Shown here: piece by piece, positions 28,058 to 38,793 of the stretch | Numbering within the stretch: the first letter of the stretch is position 1 | Layout: every line of letters begins with the position of its first letter | Assembly (NCBI GenBank): GCA_963717145.1 | Contig: OY970325.1 | Location: forward strand, 1,334,930 to 1,398,929 | Direction of reading: 5' to 3' | DNA from: an uncultured Armatimonadetes bacterium | GTDB lineage: Bacteria; Armatimonadota; UBA5829; DTJY01 | DNA length: 64,000 nt | Made by a program: the position numbers and the translations under genes | The notes under the pieces: model-generated | What the model was told of the DNA's origin: nothing | The model's database searches: none | What the model saw: only the letters and a program-made list of their open reading frames with translations

Positions 28058-28348
28058 GGGTTAGCTCTGAAGCTCTCTTTCGATGGAAGTTTTCGTTCGC
28101 TACAGGTTTCCACGATCCGAGCCGTCTTTCCTGCGGAAACGTACCTTGCGGAATCTGGGCTGAAGGTATACTATGATCGCATGGTGGGTATGATTGCCAT
28201 GACTTGCTAGCTATGTGGAGAATCGACCATGAGCTTTGGGGGCGACGGTGGTATTGTCTTGACGACTGGTTGCTCATCTAGGCATCCGGATTCGGAGCCA
28301 CATGGTCGGTGACAACCGGCCTCAGAAGTGGTTAGCGGCGGCCCAACG

Positions 28349-28827
28349 TCACTTGAACAGCCTGTCAACTAGGCTACGCGCACGGTTGCGCTCCTGTTGG
28401 TTACGCATCTCTTCTTCTGCTTGTTTTGCCTTCTGACGCTCTTTCTCTTCCTTGGCTCGGCGGTCTCTGTACTGCTTGACCAGACGAGTGATCTCTCTGT
28501 CGTTTGACGCTACAAGAGTCGCGCAGAACTCAGCTAGTACGGAAAACCCGTCGCTTTCTACCCAACGGCTATGGCCATCGTAATCCGAGTCATATGTTCC
28601 ACAGGCATGATGGATGTGCTTCCCATCCATCTCAAGATCGTAATAGGCGGTACCGTTGTCGGAGGCGAAGTGGCTAAGCCTAAAGTGATGACCCTCGCCT
28701 GGACAGAGAAGGTAACAGTGCCAGCGCCTACGTGGGGGGCGTCCACCTCCATGCTTTCAACACGCCATCCAGACTGGATACGAGAAAGGATCTCCGCGAG
28801 AACTGCCTTATCTTTGATGTAGTCCAC
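28349..28827 (-). CDS. Hypothetical protein (probable single gene, frameshift near 28700)
   Basis: MDYIKDK...TFSVQ joins GEGHHFRLSHF...MDGKH...LFK* if one base is added; length is 3n+2. Confidence 0.45.
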
Positions 28828-29080
28828 CGTTTTTGTCCTTCACGGCACGCTCTAGCTAATATCGGCGATTTCTCTTGCACCCCGGGATTGGCTTCGCAAG
28901 ATTCGATACAATCATCGCGAGACACGCGTGCTCTTACTTATTGTATGGTGATGCAGCGAAGCCGGTCAAGTCCCAACTTGGTAAGACACTTTGCCCCGAT
29001 GGATCCTTCGCGCCATCTCGAGGACGTGTACGTTGCCAACACGTCCCATCCGGGAAGTATGAGCCGAAAACCAGGAAATG

Positions 29081-29110
29081 TTGACACTCGGGTTTGGGGA
29101 CTGGTATCAT
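29081..29110 (+). promoter_or_regulatory. Sigma70-type promoter for the ileS leader
   Basis: TTGACA-18 nt-TATCAT with TG extension. Confidence 0.65.
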
Positions 29111-29136
29111 AGGAATAGTTATTCTCGATGGGCAGA

Positions 29137-29537
29137 GGCGATGACGAGGAAGAGTACCCGCCCGGCGCAGGCCGGGAAATCCGAAACTCGAAACACGAAA
29201 TTCGAATTGCGGACTTTGCGGTCAGGTTACAGAGAACCGGGTAAGCTGAGAACCGGGGCCGAGTCGCGTGGGGAATATCACCTCCGAGCCGGAGCGGCGA
29301 AAGGGAAGTCATCAGTTATCGGTAATCAGTTATCAGTAAGACCGAGACCGATCACTGATCACTGATTACCGATCACCGAGTAGTTGCTCCCGGGCGGTTC
29401 CCGTTACAGAACCGAGGTATGCGGATCGTCCAAGTACCTGCGAAGGTCCGGGCTGTGAAGCGCGGGCGAATCGGGGTGGTACCACGAAGGCTTATGAGCC
29501 TCTCGTCCCTGCTGTGGGGATGAGAGGCTTTTGTTTT
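29137..29537 (+). promoter_or_regulatory. T-box riboswitch (Ile specifier AUC) with terminator
   Basis: AGTA at 29153, AGAGA at 29231, GCTGAGA loop, ATC at 29277-29279, T-box aatcggggtggtaccacg at 29469-29486, terminator agcctctcgtccc/gggatgagaggct plus T-rich tail. Confidence 0.88.
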
Positions 29538-29624
29538 GGGGAGGTTATGGATTCTGGGTTTTGGGTTATGGGGAACCCCGAAACCCAAAACCTACAACCC
29601 ATAACAATTCTGTGGAGGTATCGC

Positions 29625-32600
29625 ATGTTCAAAGAGGTCAAGAGCGGGTTGAGCTTCCCTGAGATGGAGCATCGATGTGCTCGAGTTCTGGGAGGAAGGA
29701 CACATATTCGACAAGCTGCGGGAGAAGAACGCCGGCCATAAGCACTGGTCGTTCATCGACGGGCCGATCACGGCGAACAACCCGATGGGCGTTCATCACG
29801 CATGGGGCCGCACCTACAAGGACATCTTCCAGCGCTTCAAGGCGATGCAGGGGTTCGAGCAGCGATACCAGAACGGCTTCGACTGCCAGGGCCTGTGGGT
29901 GGAGGTCGAGGTCGAGAAGGAACTCGGGCTCAACTCGAAGCGGGAGATCGTCGAGTACGGGCTGGACAAGTTCGCCAAGGCATGCCGCGCTCGCGTCGAG
30001 AAGTATTCCGCCATCCAGGCCGAGCAGTCGAAGCGGCTCGGGCAGTGGATGGACTGGGACCACTCCTACTACACGATGGATGACACCAACATCGAGCACA
30101 TCTGGCATTTCCTCAAGAAGTGCCACGAGAACGGATGGCTCTACAAGGGCCAGCGCGCGATGCCGTGGTGCGCCCGATGCGGAACGTCGCTCTCCCAGCA
30201 CGAGCTGATCGATTCCTACCGCGACATGACGCACACATCGGTCTTCCTCAAGCTGCCGATCAAGGAGCGCGAGGGCGAGTACATGCTGGTCTGGACGACC
30301 ACTCCCTGGACTCTGACCGCGAACGTCGCACTGGCGGTCCATCCGGATCTCGACTACGCGAAGGTGAAGCAGGCCGACGGCATCCTGTATCTCTCCGCCG
30401 GAACGGTCTCGCAGGCTCGACGGCGAGTACGAAGTGCTCGGTACGGTCAAGGGCAGCGAACTCGTCGGCCTCCACTACCAGGGCCCGTTCTTCGATCTGC
30501 CCGCTCAGCAGGGGATCGATACCGCAGGTCGTCGCGTGGGACGACGTCGGTGAGGAGGAAGGCGTCGGCGTCGTCCACATCGCTCCCGGATGCGGCGCGG
30601 AGGACTACGAGCTGTCTCAGAAGCTCGGCCTGCCGGTGCTCGTTCCGATCGACGAGAACGGCTACTACTACCCGGGATTACGGCTGGCTCGCGGAGCAAG
30701 TCGGTCGGCGAAGTCGCGCGGATGATCTTCGAGGATCTCGAGAAGAAGGGCATTCTCTACAAGACTGAGGAGTACGAGCACCGCTATCCGGTCTGCTGGA
30801 GATGCCAGGACGAACTCGTGTTCCGCCTGGTGGACGAGTGGTTCATCGCCTGCGATCACATCCGCGAGCCGATGACGGCGAGGCGCGGAAGGTGCGCTGG
30901 GTGCCGGATTACGCGGGCAAGCGCATGGAGGACTGGCTCAACAATATGGGCGACTGGTGCATCTCCCGGAAGCGGTTCTGGGGACTGCCGCTGCCGTTCT
31001 TCAAGTGCGAGTGCGGAGAGATGACGTTCATCGGCTCGCAGAAGGAGCTTGAGGAGATGGCGGTCATCGGGCATGGAAGGACTGAAGGAACTCCATCGTC
31101 CGTGGATCGACGATGTGAAGATCAAGTGCCCGAAGTGCGGCGGCACGGCGGAGCGGATCCCCGAGGTCGGCGACTGCTGGCTCGACGCGGGAATCGTCCC
31201 CTTCTCCACACTCGGTTACCTGAACGAGGACAGGTCCTACTGGGAGAAGTGGTTCCCGGCGGAGTTCGTCGTCGAGATGCGGGAGCAGATCCGCCTGTGG
31301 TTCTACTCCATGCTCTTCATGAGCGTGACCCTGGACGGGACGAGTCGCCCTACAAGTCGGCGCTCGTCTACGAGAAGGTCCACGACGAGCAGGGCCGACC
31401 GATGCACAAGAGCCACGGCAACGCGATCTGGTTCGACGAGGCGGTCGAGAAGATGGGCGCGGACGTCATGCGCTGGATCTACGCCGGCTCGAACATCCAG
31501 ACAAATCTGAACTTCGGCTATCAGCAAGGGCGATGAGGTCGTGCGCAAGCCTGCTCACTCTCTGGAACGTTTACTCGTTCTTCGTGACCTACGCTGTGGT
31601 CGATGAGTGGAAACCTGATGGGACGCATGGGACTGATGGGACCGATGGGTCGGAGCTGGATCGGTGGATCCTGTCGCGGCTGCAATGCCCTGGTGAAAGC
31701 GACCACCGACTCGCTGGAGGAGTACGACGCAGCCGAGGTCACCCGCTCGATCGACACATTCGTGGACGATCTCTCGAACTGGTACGTCCGCCTGAGCCGC
31801 CGACGGTTCTGGAAGAGCGAGTCCGACGAGGACAAGCAGTCGGCCTACTCGACGCTCTATGAGGTGCTCGTCACGCTGACCAAGCTGCTTGCGCCGATCA
31901 TGCCGTTCATGGCCGAGGAGATGTACCGCAACCTGGTGCGTCTCGGTCGACCCGAATGCGCCGGAGAGCGTCCACCTCTGCGACTGGCCGGCCGCCGATG
32001 AGTCGCTGATCGACACACGGCTGATCGAGGAAACCGACGCCGTGATGAAGGTCGTCCGGCTCGGACGGTCGGCCCGGAACGCATCGGGGATGAAGGTCCG
32101 CCAGCCGCTTGCCAAGGTGACGGTCAAGCCGTCGAGCAAGAGCGAGAGCGAAGCCGTGGTGCGCAATGAACGACTGATCCTCGACGAGTTGAACATCAAG
32201 GGTCTGGTGTTGACCGAGGACGCGACCGGCCTGGTCGGCTACACCATCAAGCCGAACCTGCGCACCCTCGGCCCGAAGCACGGAAAGATCCTCCCAAAGA
32301 TCACAATTGCGCTGGCCGAGGCGGACGGCTCAGTGATCGCGGCCAGGGTCGCCGCCGGTGAACCGTTCGATCTGGTGGTCGCCGGGGAAACGTTGGCCCT
32401 CGACTCGAACGATGTGATCGTCGAGACGACCGCGCCGGAGAACCTCTCCTGCGCCGAGGAGTCCGCCACTGTCGTCGCAATCGACACGCAACTGACCGAC
32501 GAGCTGATCCAGGAGGGCATGGTCCGCGACCTGGTGCGCCAGATCCAGAACATGCGGAAGGATTCGGAGTTCAACGTCGACGACCGCATCACCATCGAGT

Positions 32601-32755
32601 ACTCCGCGACCGGCAACCTGTCGGAGGCAATCGAGGCCTGGTCGGACTACATCCGACAGGAGACGCTTGCGAATTCCCTCACGCCCGGGGACGACTCGCT
32701 CGCGAAGGTGAAGATCGCCGGCGAGGAGATCGGGCTGAGTCTCGCGAAGGCGTAG
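29625..32755 (+). CDS. ileS: Isoleucine--tRNA ligase, type 2-like (about 12 apparent frameshifts between 29670 and 31950)
   Basis: [66 protein letters not shown], spread across frames. Confidence 0.92.
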
Positions 32756-32910
32756 ACTCGCTGCTTCGAGATCAGGTCCCGGGTGTGCCGGCTCACTGGT
32801 ATGCCCGGGTTCGACCGTCCACCGCTCCCGGTTTCACACAGCCTCCTCCAAGGTAAACTCAATCCGTGTATTGCTATACGGAGCGACTACCTACAGAGGA
32901 GGATTTCCAC

Positions 32911-33750
32911 ATGTCCAGTTTCATGCGCGCTGCAGCGGCCCTTGTCGTCCTGCTGCTTATCGTGGTGCTGATCGGCTGTGGGAGCGGCATCAACCGAAAC
33001 AATGGTCTGATTGCATTCCAATCAGGGGCGAGCCCGGACATTTACGTCGTGAATGACGATGGAAGCGACCAGCATCTCATTATCGCCGATGGAAAAGAGC
33101 CCGCACTGAACCCCGGGAGGGCGGAAGTGGCCTTCGCTCGCGGCGGCAACATCTACAGCGTTGCTCTCAACGGATCCGGGCTAACCAACATCACCAACCA
33201 CGGTCTGGGAGTAAATGCGTCGAATCCGGCGTTCAACCATCTGGGTACCCGGATCGCGTATGTCTTGTCTCCAACGGTGCCCAACGCGATACGTACTATT
33301 TTCGTGATGGATGCTGACGGCGACAATGACAACTCCCTCACGCCGGGCGATGATCCGACGTTCAGTCCGGATGACAGCCAGATCATCTTCGTGAATCAGC
33401 CTGATCTCTACAGGATCGACGCTGACGGTTCCGACTTGACTCGGCTCACCAACCATGCCCCCGGCGAACTGGTCAATGATCCATCGTTCAGCCCATCTGG
33501 TGACCGGATAGTCTTCGAGTTTGCCGCGTCCGGTATGTCGACGCCGAGCCTGCATTCGATCGAGATCGCAGGACTTGCCGAATCGGTCTTCCTGGACGAC
33601 GCCGCTCAGCCGTCGTTCAGGCCACTCGGAAACCTGGTTGCTTTTGTGCGAGGTGGGGCGGTCTTCAGCGCCAATGTCGATGGCTCGGGGCCAAAGCAGC
33701 TTAGCGCGGGACATGATGACGCCGAGCCTGATTGGTCTATGAAGCACTAG
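32911..33750 (+). CDS. TolB-like PD40 beta-propeller lipoprotein
   Basis: Lipobox LIGC; repeats PTFSPDD, PSFSPSGDRIVF, EPDWS. Confidence 0.8.
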   Translation: MSSFMRAAAALVVLLLIVVLIGCGSGINRNNGLIAFQSGASPDIYVVNDDGSDQHLIIADGKEPALNPGRAEVAFARGGNIYSVALNGSGLTNITNHGLGVNASNPAFNHLGTRIAYVLSPTVPNAIRTIFVMDADGDNDNSLTPGDDPTFSPDDSQIIFVNQPDLYRIDADGSDLTRLTNHAPGELVNDPSFSPSGDRIVFEFAASGMSTPSLHSIEIAGLAESVFLDDAAQPSFRPLGNLVAFVRGGAVFSANVDGSGPKQLSAGHDDAEPDWSMKH

Positions 33751-33910
33751 CTCCCGCCGCATCATGTATGTAGCCGCACCAGGCCACAAACAACCGACCT
33801 GGTGCATGATTGGTGTTTGCAGCTTCGCAAGCGGAGGAGATAATAGTGGAACCTTAAGCCGTTTCCATACGTCAAAATCGGTACCGCAGGAAGAAAGGCA
33901 GGTTTCACGG

Positions 33911-34543
33911 ATGAACAAATTCTATCGAACCCTTGCGATCTCCGGCATGCTCGTCGTCTTCTCCTTCTCCATCGCAGCCCCAACCTTTGCGGGCACGGAG
34001 GGAAGGCGGAACACGGCGGTTGCCCTTACCGCAGCCACCGCCTACAGCTTTCTACAGAAGAACGACAGGGCGGCCCTGCTCGGCGGACTGGCGTCGGCTC
34101 AGGCGTGGAAAAGCTATGAGGATTCCCGCAAGCGTGACAGCCGGCAGAAGAGCAGCAGTTACTCGCGCGCATCTTACGCAAACTACTCTCGCCCTGCAAA
34201 CTCCAGGTCAAGCACGTATGCACGGCCCGCGGTCTATCGGACTACATCGTCGTCTGCATCGAGCACAGGAACTGCCCAGTTGAAGGCTAAGCTCCAGAAG
34301 CTCGAGGCGCAGAATGCCGAGTTGAGACGCGAGGCGGAGATCAACCGGCTGAAGGCGGAGAACGTCGCACTGGCGAACGAACTCGCACAGCAGAGAGGCA
34401 CCCTGGTCAATCAGAGCGCTGAGATCGCCGACACCCGCTCCAGCATGTCGACGTTTCACACGGCCATCACGGCGGTGGTCATACTGCTGGCCATCGGTCT
34501 CATGTTCGGGGTCAGCAAGCTGTCGAGGATCCGCAGTAACTGA
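33911..34543 (+). CDS. Exported protein with coiled coil and C-terminal membrane anchor
   Basis: Signal peptide, Ala/Gly-rich hairpin, S-rich linker, heptad region, C-terminal TM. Confidence 0.6.
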   Translation: MNKFYRTLAISGMLVVFSFSIAAPTFAGTEGRRNTAVALTAATAYSFLQKNDRAALLGGLASAQAWKSYEDSRKRDSRQKSSSYSRASYANYSRPANSRSSTYARPAVYRTTSSSASSTGTAQLKAKLQKLEAQNAELRREAEINRLKAENVALANELAQQRGTLVNQSAEIADTRSSMSTFHTAITAVVILLAIGLMFGVSKLSRIRSN

Positions 34544-34556
34544 ATAACGTATTTCA

Positions 34557-34593
34557 GAAAGGGGGTCTGTCCGATGACAGACCCTCTTTTTTG
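34557..34593 (+). terminator. Intrinsic terminator
   Basis: gggggtctgtc-cgat-gacagaccctc followed by a T run. Confidence 0.75.
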
Positions 34594-34646
34594 TAAGAGG
34601 TTCTGGCCGGCGGTGTGTCGTATGGATATGTGACACGGAGGCAGAC

Positions 34647-36686
34647 GTGAATTCCATGCGAATGATGCTCTTGATGCTCATCCTGACATGCGGAATGGAG
34701 GCCGGAATGGAGACACTCAAGGTCGGTGCAGTACAGGACCGGCGCTTCGATGAGGTGCGTCATCTCGATATGACTTACAGCTGCAAGGCTCCGACGACCG
34801 TCGAGGCGTGGAAGCAGCGGGCGGAGCACCTGCGGGCGCAGATACTCACCGGCGCGGGCCTGATGCCGATGCCCGAGAAGACGCCGCTCAACGCAAGGGT
34901 CTTCGGCCGGATCGAGCACCAGGACTACGCCGTCGAGAAGGTCTACTTCGAGAGCTTCCCCGGCTTCTACGTCACCGGCAACCTCTACCGTCCCAAGGGC
35001 AAGGGGCCGTTCCCCGCTATCCTCAACGCGCACGGACATTGGGCCAGCGGCCGGTTGGAGGACACGGATCGGAGTTCGATCCCCGGACGGTGCATCACCT
35101 TCGCCAGGCAGGGCTACGTCGCCTTCTCCATCGACATGATCGGCTACAACGACTCCTCACAGCTCAAGCACCGCGAGGATCTGATCGGCGAACGGTTCCG
35201 CCTGTGGGGGATCGGCATGGGCGGGCTGCAGCTCTGGAACAGCATCAGGGCGGTCGATTTCCTGCTCGGCCTGCCCGATGTCGATCCCGATCGGATCGGC
35301 ATGACCGGCGCATCCGGCGGCGGGACGCAGACGTTCCTGCTCACAGCGGTCGATGATCGAGTGAAGTACGCCGCGCCGGTGAACATGATTTCGAGCACGA
35401 TGCAGGGCGGGTGCGTCTGCGAGAACCCGCCGCTGATCAGGGTCGACACGAACAACATGGAGATCGGGGCGATGGCCGCTCCCCGCCCGTTGATGATGAT
35501 CTCGGCAACCGGCGACTGGACGAAGCTGACGCCGGAGGTCGAGTTCCCGGCGGTGAAAAGCGTCTACGATCTGCTCGGGGCATCGGAGAAGGTCGCCTGC
35601 GTGCGGATCGATGCCGAGCACAACTACAACAAGGACAGCCGGGAAGCCGTCTACGCCTGGTTTGGCAAGTGGATTCTCGGCAACCCCGACGCCAACGCGT
35701 TCAAGGAGCAGCCGTTCCAGGCGGACAAGCCGGAGGATGTCCTCGTCTTCGGCAAGTATCCGCATCCCTTGAATGCCCTCGATGCGGACGGGATCGTCCG
35801 GAGCCGGATCGAGGCGTCGGAGAGGCAGGTTGCATCGAAGAAGCTACACGACGCCGAATCGCTCGCGGCCTTCAGGAAAACGTATGCCGATGCGCTTCGT
35901 CACGCTCTGGCGGTCGAGACGCCGACTGTCGGGGATGTCGTCTCCGAGAACCGCGGCACTTCGCTCGGTGATGGAGTGGAGGCGACGAAGTTCGTGATCG
36001 GACGGAAGGCCAAGGGGGATACAATCCCTGCTCTGTACCTGAGGGCCGAGGGAAAAGTCGAGCAGGACGTAATCGTAGTCGTTCACTCCGGGGGGAAGGC
36101 TGCGCTCTTTGAGAATGACAAGCCGACATCCCTCGTCCGCGGTCTGCTCGACAAAGGTCATGCCATGCTTGCCATAGACTGCTTCGGGATCGGGGAGCAT
36201 TCCGCTCCACCCGAAGCCGCCGATCGGACGAAGCGGTACGGGTTCTTCGATACCTACAACCGGACGGACACCATGGAACGGGTACAGGACATCCTCACCG
36301 CCGTTGCCTTCATGAGACTACCGTCGCCAGTCAGCCTGATGGGCATCAGCCTGATGGGGATTGGGGACGGCGGACTGTGGTGCCTGCTCGCCCTGCCGTT
36401 TGCGCCAAAGATCGAATCGGCAGTTGTGGACGTCGCCGGGTTCGACACGTCGAGCGACGAGGAGTTCATCGAGCGGCTGTATACCCCTTCCCTACGGAGA
36501 GTCGGTGATCTGCGAACCGCCGGGGCGCTCGTTGCGCCGAGACGGCTCGTGATCCACAACACGGGCGGGCGCTTCGAGACCGAGTTCATCCGCGATGCGT
36601 ACAAGGCTTCCGGGCATCCCGAGTCACTGGCGGTGAGACGCATGCCGGCGTCGGATCTGGCGATCATCGAGTGGCTGCGGCGGTAG
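34647..36686 (+). CDS. Acetylxylan esterase-like alpha/beta hydrolase (tandem domains)
   Basis: VEKVYFESFPG, HGHW, RIGMTGASGGGTQT, GGCVCEN, HNY. Confidence 0.8.
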   Translation: MNSMRMMLLMLILTCGMEAGMETLKVGAVQDRRFDEVRHLDMTYSCKAPTTVEAWKQRAEHLRAQILTGAGLMPMPEKTPLNARVFGRIEHQDYAVEKVYFESFPGFYVTGNLYRPKGKGPFPAILNAHGHWASGRLEDTDRSSIPGRCITFARQGYVAFSIDMIGYNDSSQLKHREDLIGERFRLWGIGMGGLQLWNSIRAVDFLLGLPDVDPDRIGMTGASGGGTQTFLLTAVDDRVKYAAPVNMISSTMQGGCVCENPPLIRVDTNNMEIGAMAAPRPLMMISATGDWTKLTPEVEFPAVKSVYDLLGASEKVACVRIDAEHNYNKDSREAVYAWFGKWILGNPDANAFKEQPFQADKPEDVLVFGKYPHPLNALDADGIVRSRIEASERQVASKKLHDAESLAAFRKTYADALRHALAVETPTVGDVVSENRGTSLGDGVEATKFVIGRKAKGDTIPALYLRAEGKVEQDVIVVVHSGGKAALFENDKPTSLVRGLLDKGHAMLAIDCFGIGEHSAPPEAADRTKRYGFFDTYNRTDTMERVQDILTAVAFMRLPSPVSLMGISLMGIGDGGLWCLLALPFAPKIESAVVDVAGFDTSSDEEFIERLYTPSLRRVGDLRTAGALVAPRRLVIHNTGGRFETEFIRDAYKASGHPESLAVRRMPASDLAIIEWLRR

Positions 36687-36687
36687 C

Positions 36688-37833
36688 TCAACCGGCGGCC
36701 AGAGCTCCTCCATCGTGACGATGCCGCCCTTATCGACGGCAGCACGAACCAGCAGCCCGGTGAGCACCGACTCATAGGCCGTGCGCGGTCCGCTGATCGT
36801 CTGGCCGCCGGACTTGATGCACCTGAAAAAATCGGACAGCAACTCCCGTGTGTTGTTCGCAGTCGTCCCGACCTCTTTCACCGTCGGCGTGACCTTCGGG
36901 TCGTCCTTCATCTTGTAGGTGAACTTGCCGAGGCCCAACTCGCAGCCACCCTTGGGACCTGCCACCCGCTCGTAGGTGCCCCTGAACGCGTCGGTGTTCG
37001 GGCAGATCCATGAATGGTGGAACATCAGCGTGAACCCGTTCTCCCACTCGATGGTCGAAGTGTAGTAATCCGTCACATCGCGGTTCGGCTCGACGAAGAT
37101 GTCCTTCCGACCCTTCCCGAACGCTCGGACCGGCCTCGATCCGAGCAGCCAGCAGTAGACGTCCCACGTATGAATCGCCTGCTCGAGCATCCAGTCGCCG
37201 GAGTACTTCCTCTGCGCGAACCAGCCCCGCAGGCGCCGACGCGTTGTCCCATGCCGCCCGTCCTTCGACGAGCGGACCCACTTCCCCGGCCTGGAGGAGC
37301 TTGATCGACTCTATGTACCGCGGATCGGTTCGGCGCTGGCAGCCGATCTGGGCGACGAGCTTGGGGTTCTGATGCTGCGCCTGCAGGATGGTCTTCCCTT
37401 CCTTGATACTGATGCTCATTGGCTTCTCGCCATAGAAGTTCTTGCCGGCGCCGTAGCAATCGTTGTACATCGCGCCATGCCAGTAACACGGCGTGGCGAT
37501 CACGACCGCATCGAGGTCTTTGCAGGCGAGGAGGTTGCGGTAATCCCGGTCATCCTTCCCATAGGTCTCAGGCTTCCGCTTCTGGGCCTTCTCGACTGCG
37601 GCGACGGCCTTGTTGAGGTTGTCAGGAGCGACATCGCAGATCGCGAGGATGTCGACACTCCCGAGCGCCAGAAGCTCGTTTAGCAGCACCGTGCCCCTGT
37701 TGCCGACTCCGATGCATCCGACGCGCATTCGATCGGTCTGCCCGAACCCCGGGCCGCCGATCGCGACCTGTCCGAGCCCGACCGCTGCGCTTATCTTGAG
37801 GAAATCACGCCTCGTGTATGTCTTATCCTGCAC
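36688..37833 (-). CDS. Tat-exported Gfo/Idh/MocA oxidoreductase (frameshifts near 37230 and probably near 36705)
   Basis: TRRDFLK signal, RVGCIGVGNRG, IATP, YGEKP, then MLEQAIHTWD in another frame. Confidence 0.75.
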
Positions 37834-37909
37834 GGGTACTACCTCCGGGGCGGAAACAAACTCCGCCCTCAATGGAGTTATACGCCCCCGCGGGCCGTAG
37901 TACCTCTGC

Positions 37910-37997
37910 ACTCGCCCTGTCATTCCGAACGCAGTGAAGAATCTAGCACTCTGCGTCAAGCCGGATTCTTCACTGCGTTCAGAATGACAGGGCGAGT
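37910..37997. repeat. 34-bp inverted repeat (TGTCATTC...GAATGACA type)
   Basis: actcgccctgtcattccgaacgcagtgaagaatc and its reverse complement, one mismatch. Confidence 0.8.
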
Positions 37998-38000
37998 AGC

Positions 38001-38642
38001 TTATGTCAGGTACTTCGCAAACCAGTCGCGGGCGAGGCGCGCGACCTCCTCCAGCGTGCCCGGCTCCTCGAAGAGATGCGTCGCTCCGGGAACGATCTTC
38101 ATCTCCTTGATGCCGGAGAGATGTTCCATCGCCTCCTGGTTCATCGAGATCACCGGCCAGTCGTTACCGCCGACGATCAACAGTGTCGGCGCGGTGACTT
38201 CGGGTAGGTATGGGATGGCCAGATCGGGACGCCCGCCACGCGAGACGACCGCCTTGATCTCGTCGCCGGACTCCGAGGCCGCCTGGAGTGCCGCCGCCGC
38301 GCCCGTGCTCGCGCCGAAGTACCCGATTGTCACATCCTTAGTCTCCTCATTCGACGCAACCCATGCAGTCGCGCCCACGAGACGCTCGGCAAGAAGGTCG
38401 ATATCGAACACCTTCCGCCGATCGTCCGATTCCCATTCCTCGAGTAGATCCAGCAGGAGCGTCGCCTGCCCGCCCTGCTGCAGGACCTCCGCCACAAAGC
38501 GGTTCCGGGGGCTGAACCGGCTGCTCCCACTCCCGTGCGCGAATATGACGATCCCCTGAGCGCCCGGCGGGATCCTCAGATCACCCTCGAGGTGCACGTC
38601 TCCGGCCTGGATGCTGACGGGGCGTTCCATCACTGTGCCCAT
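38001..38642 (-). CDS. Dienelactone hydrolase family protein
   Basis: FAHGSGSSRFSPRN, GYFGASTGAAAAL, SRGGRPDLA, PGATHLFEEPG. Confidence 0.85.
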   Translation of the reverse strand: MGTVMERPVSIQAGDVHLEGDLRIPPGAQGIVIFAHGSGSSRFSPRNRFVAEVLQQGGQATLLLDLLEEWESDDRRKVFDIDLLAERLVGATAWVASNEETKDVTIGYFGASTGAAAALQAASESGDEIKAVVSRGGRPDLAIPYLPEVTAPTLLIVGGNDWPVISMNQEAMEHLSGIKEMKIVPGATHLFEEPGTLEEVARLARDWFAKYLT

Positions 38643-38793
38643 GATTGACCTCCTGTTAACGGATCGGACCGATTCCTGCTATCAAGGTTTCGTTCCCGCA
38701 GGGGACGCAGCGCAAAACATCGGCGTGCGGCTGCCTTCCTGCACACAGAGGGCCGGATAAGTGGTATCATATGCGCGACGGAGGGGACAAGAG

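Noticed and set aside
27939-28277. 112-aa ORF upstream of the ComEC-like gene
   Set aside because: Overlaps the real gene in another frame and has no recognisable features
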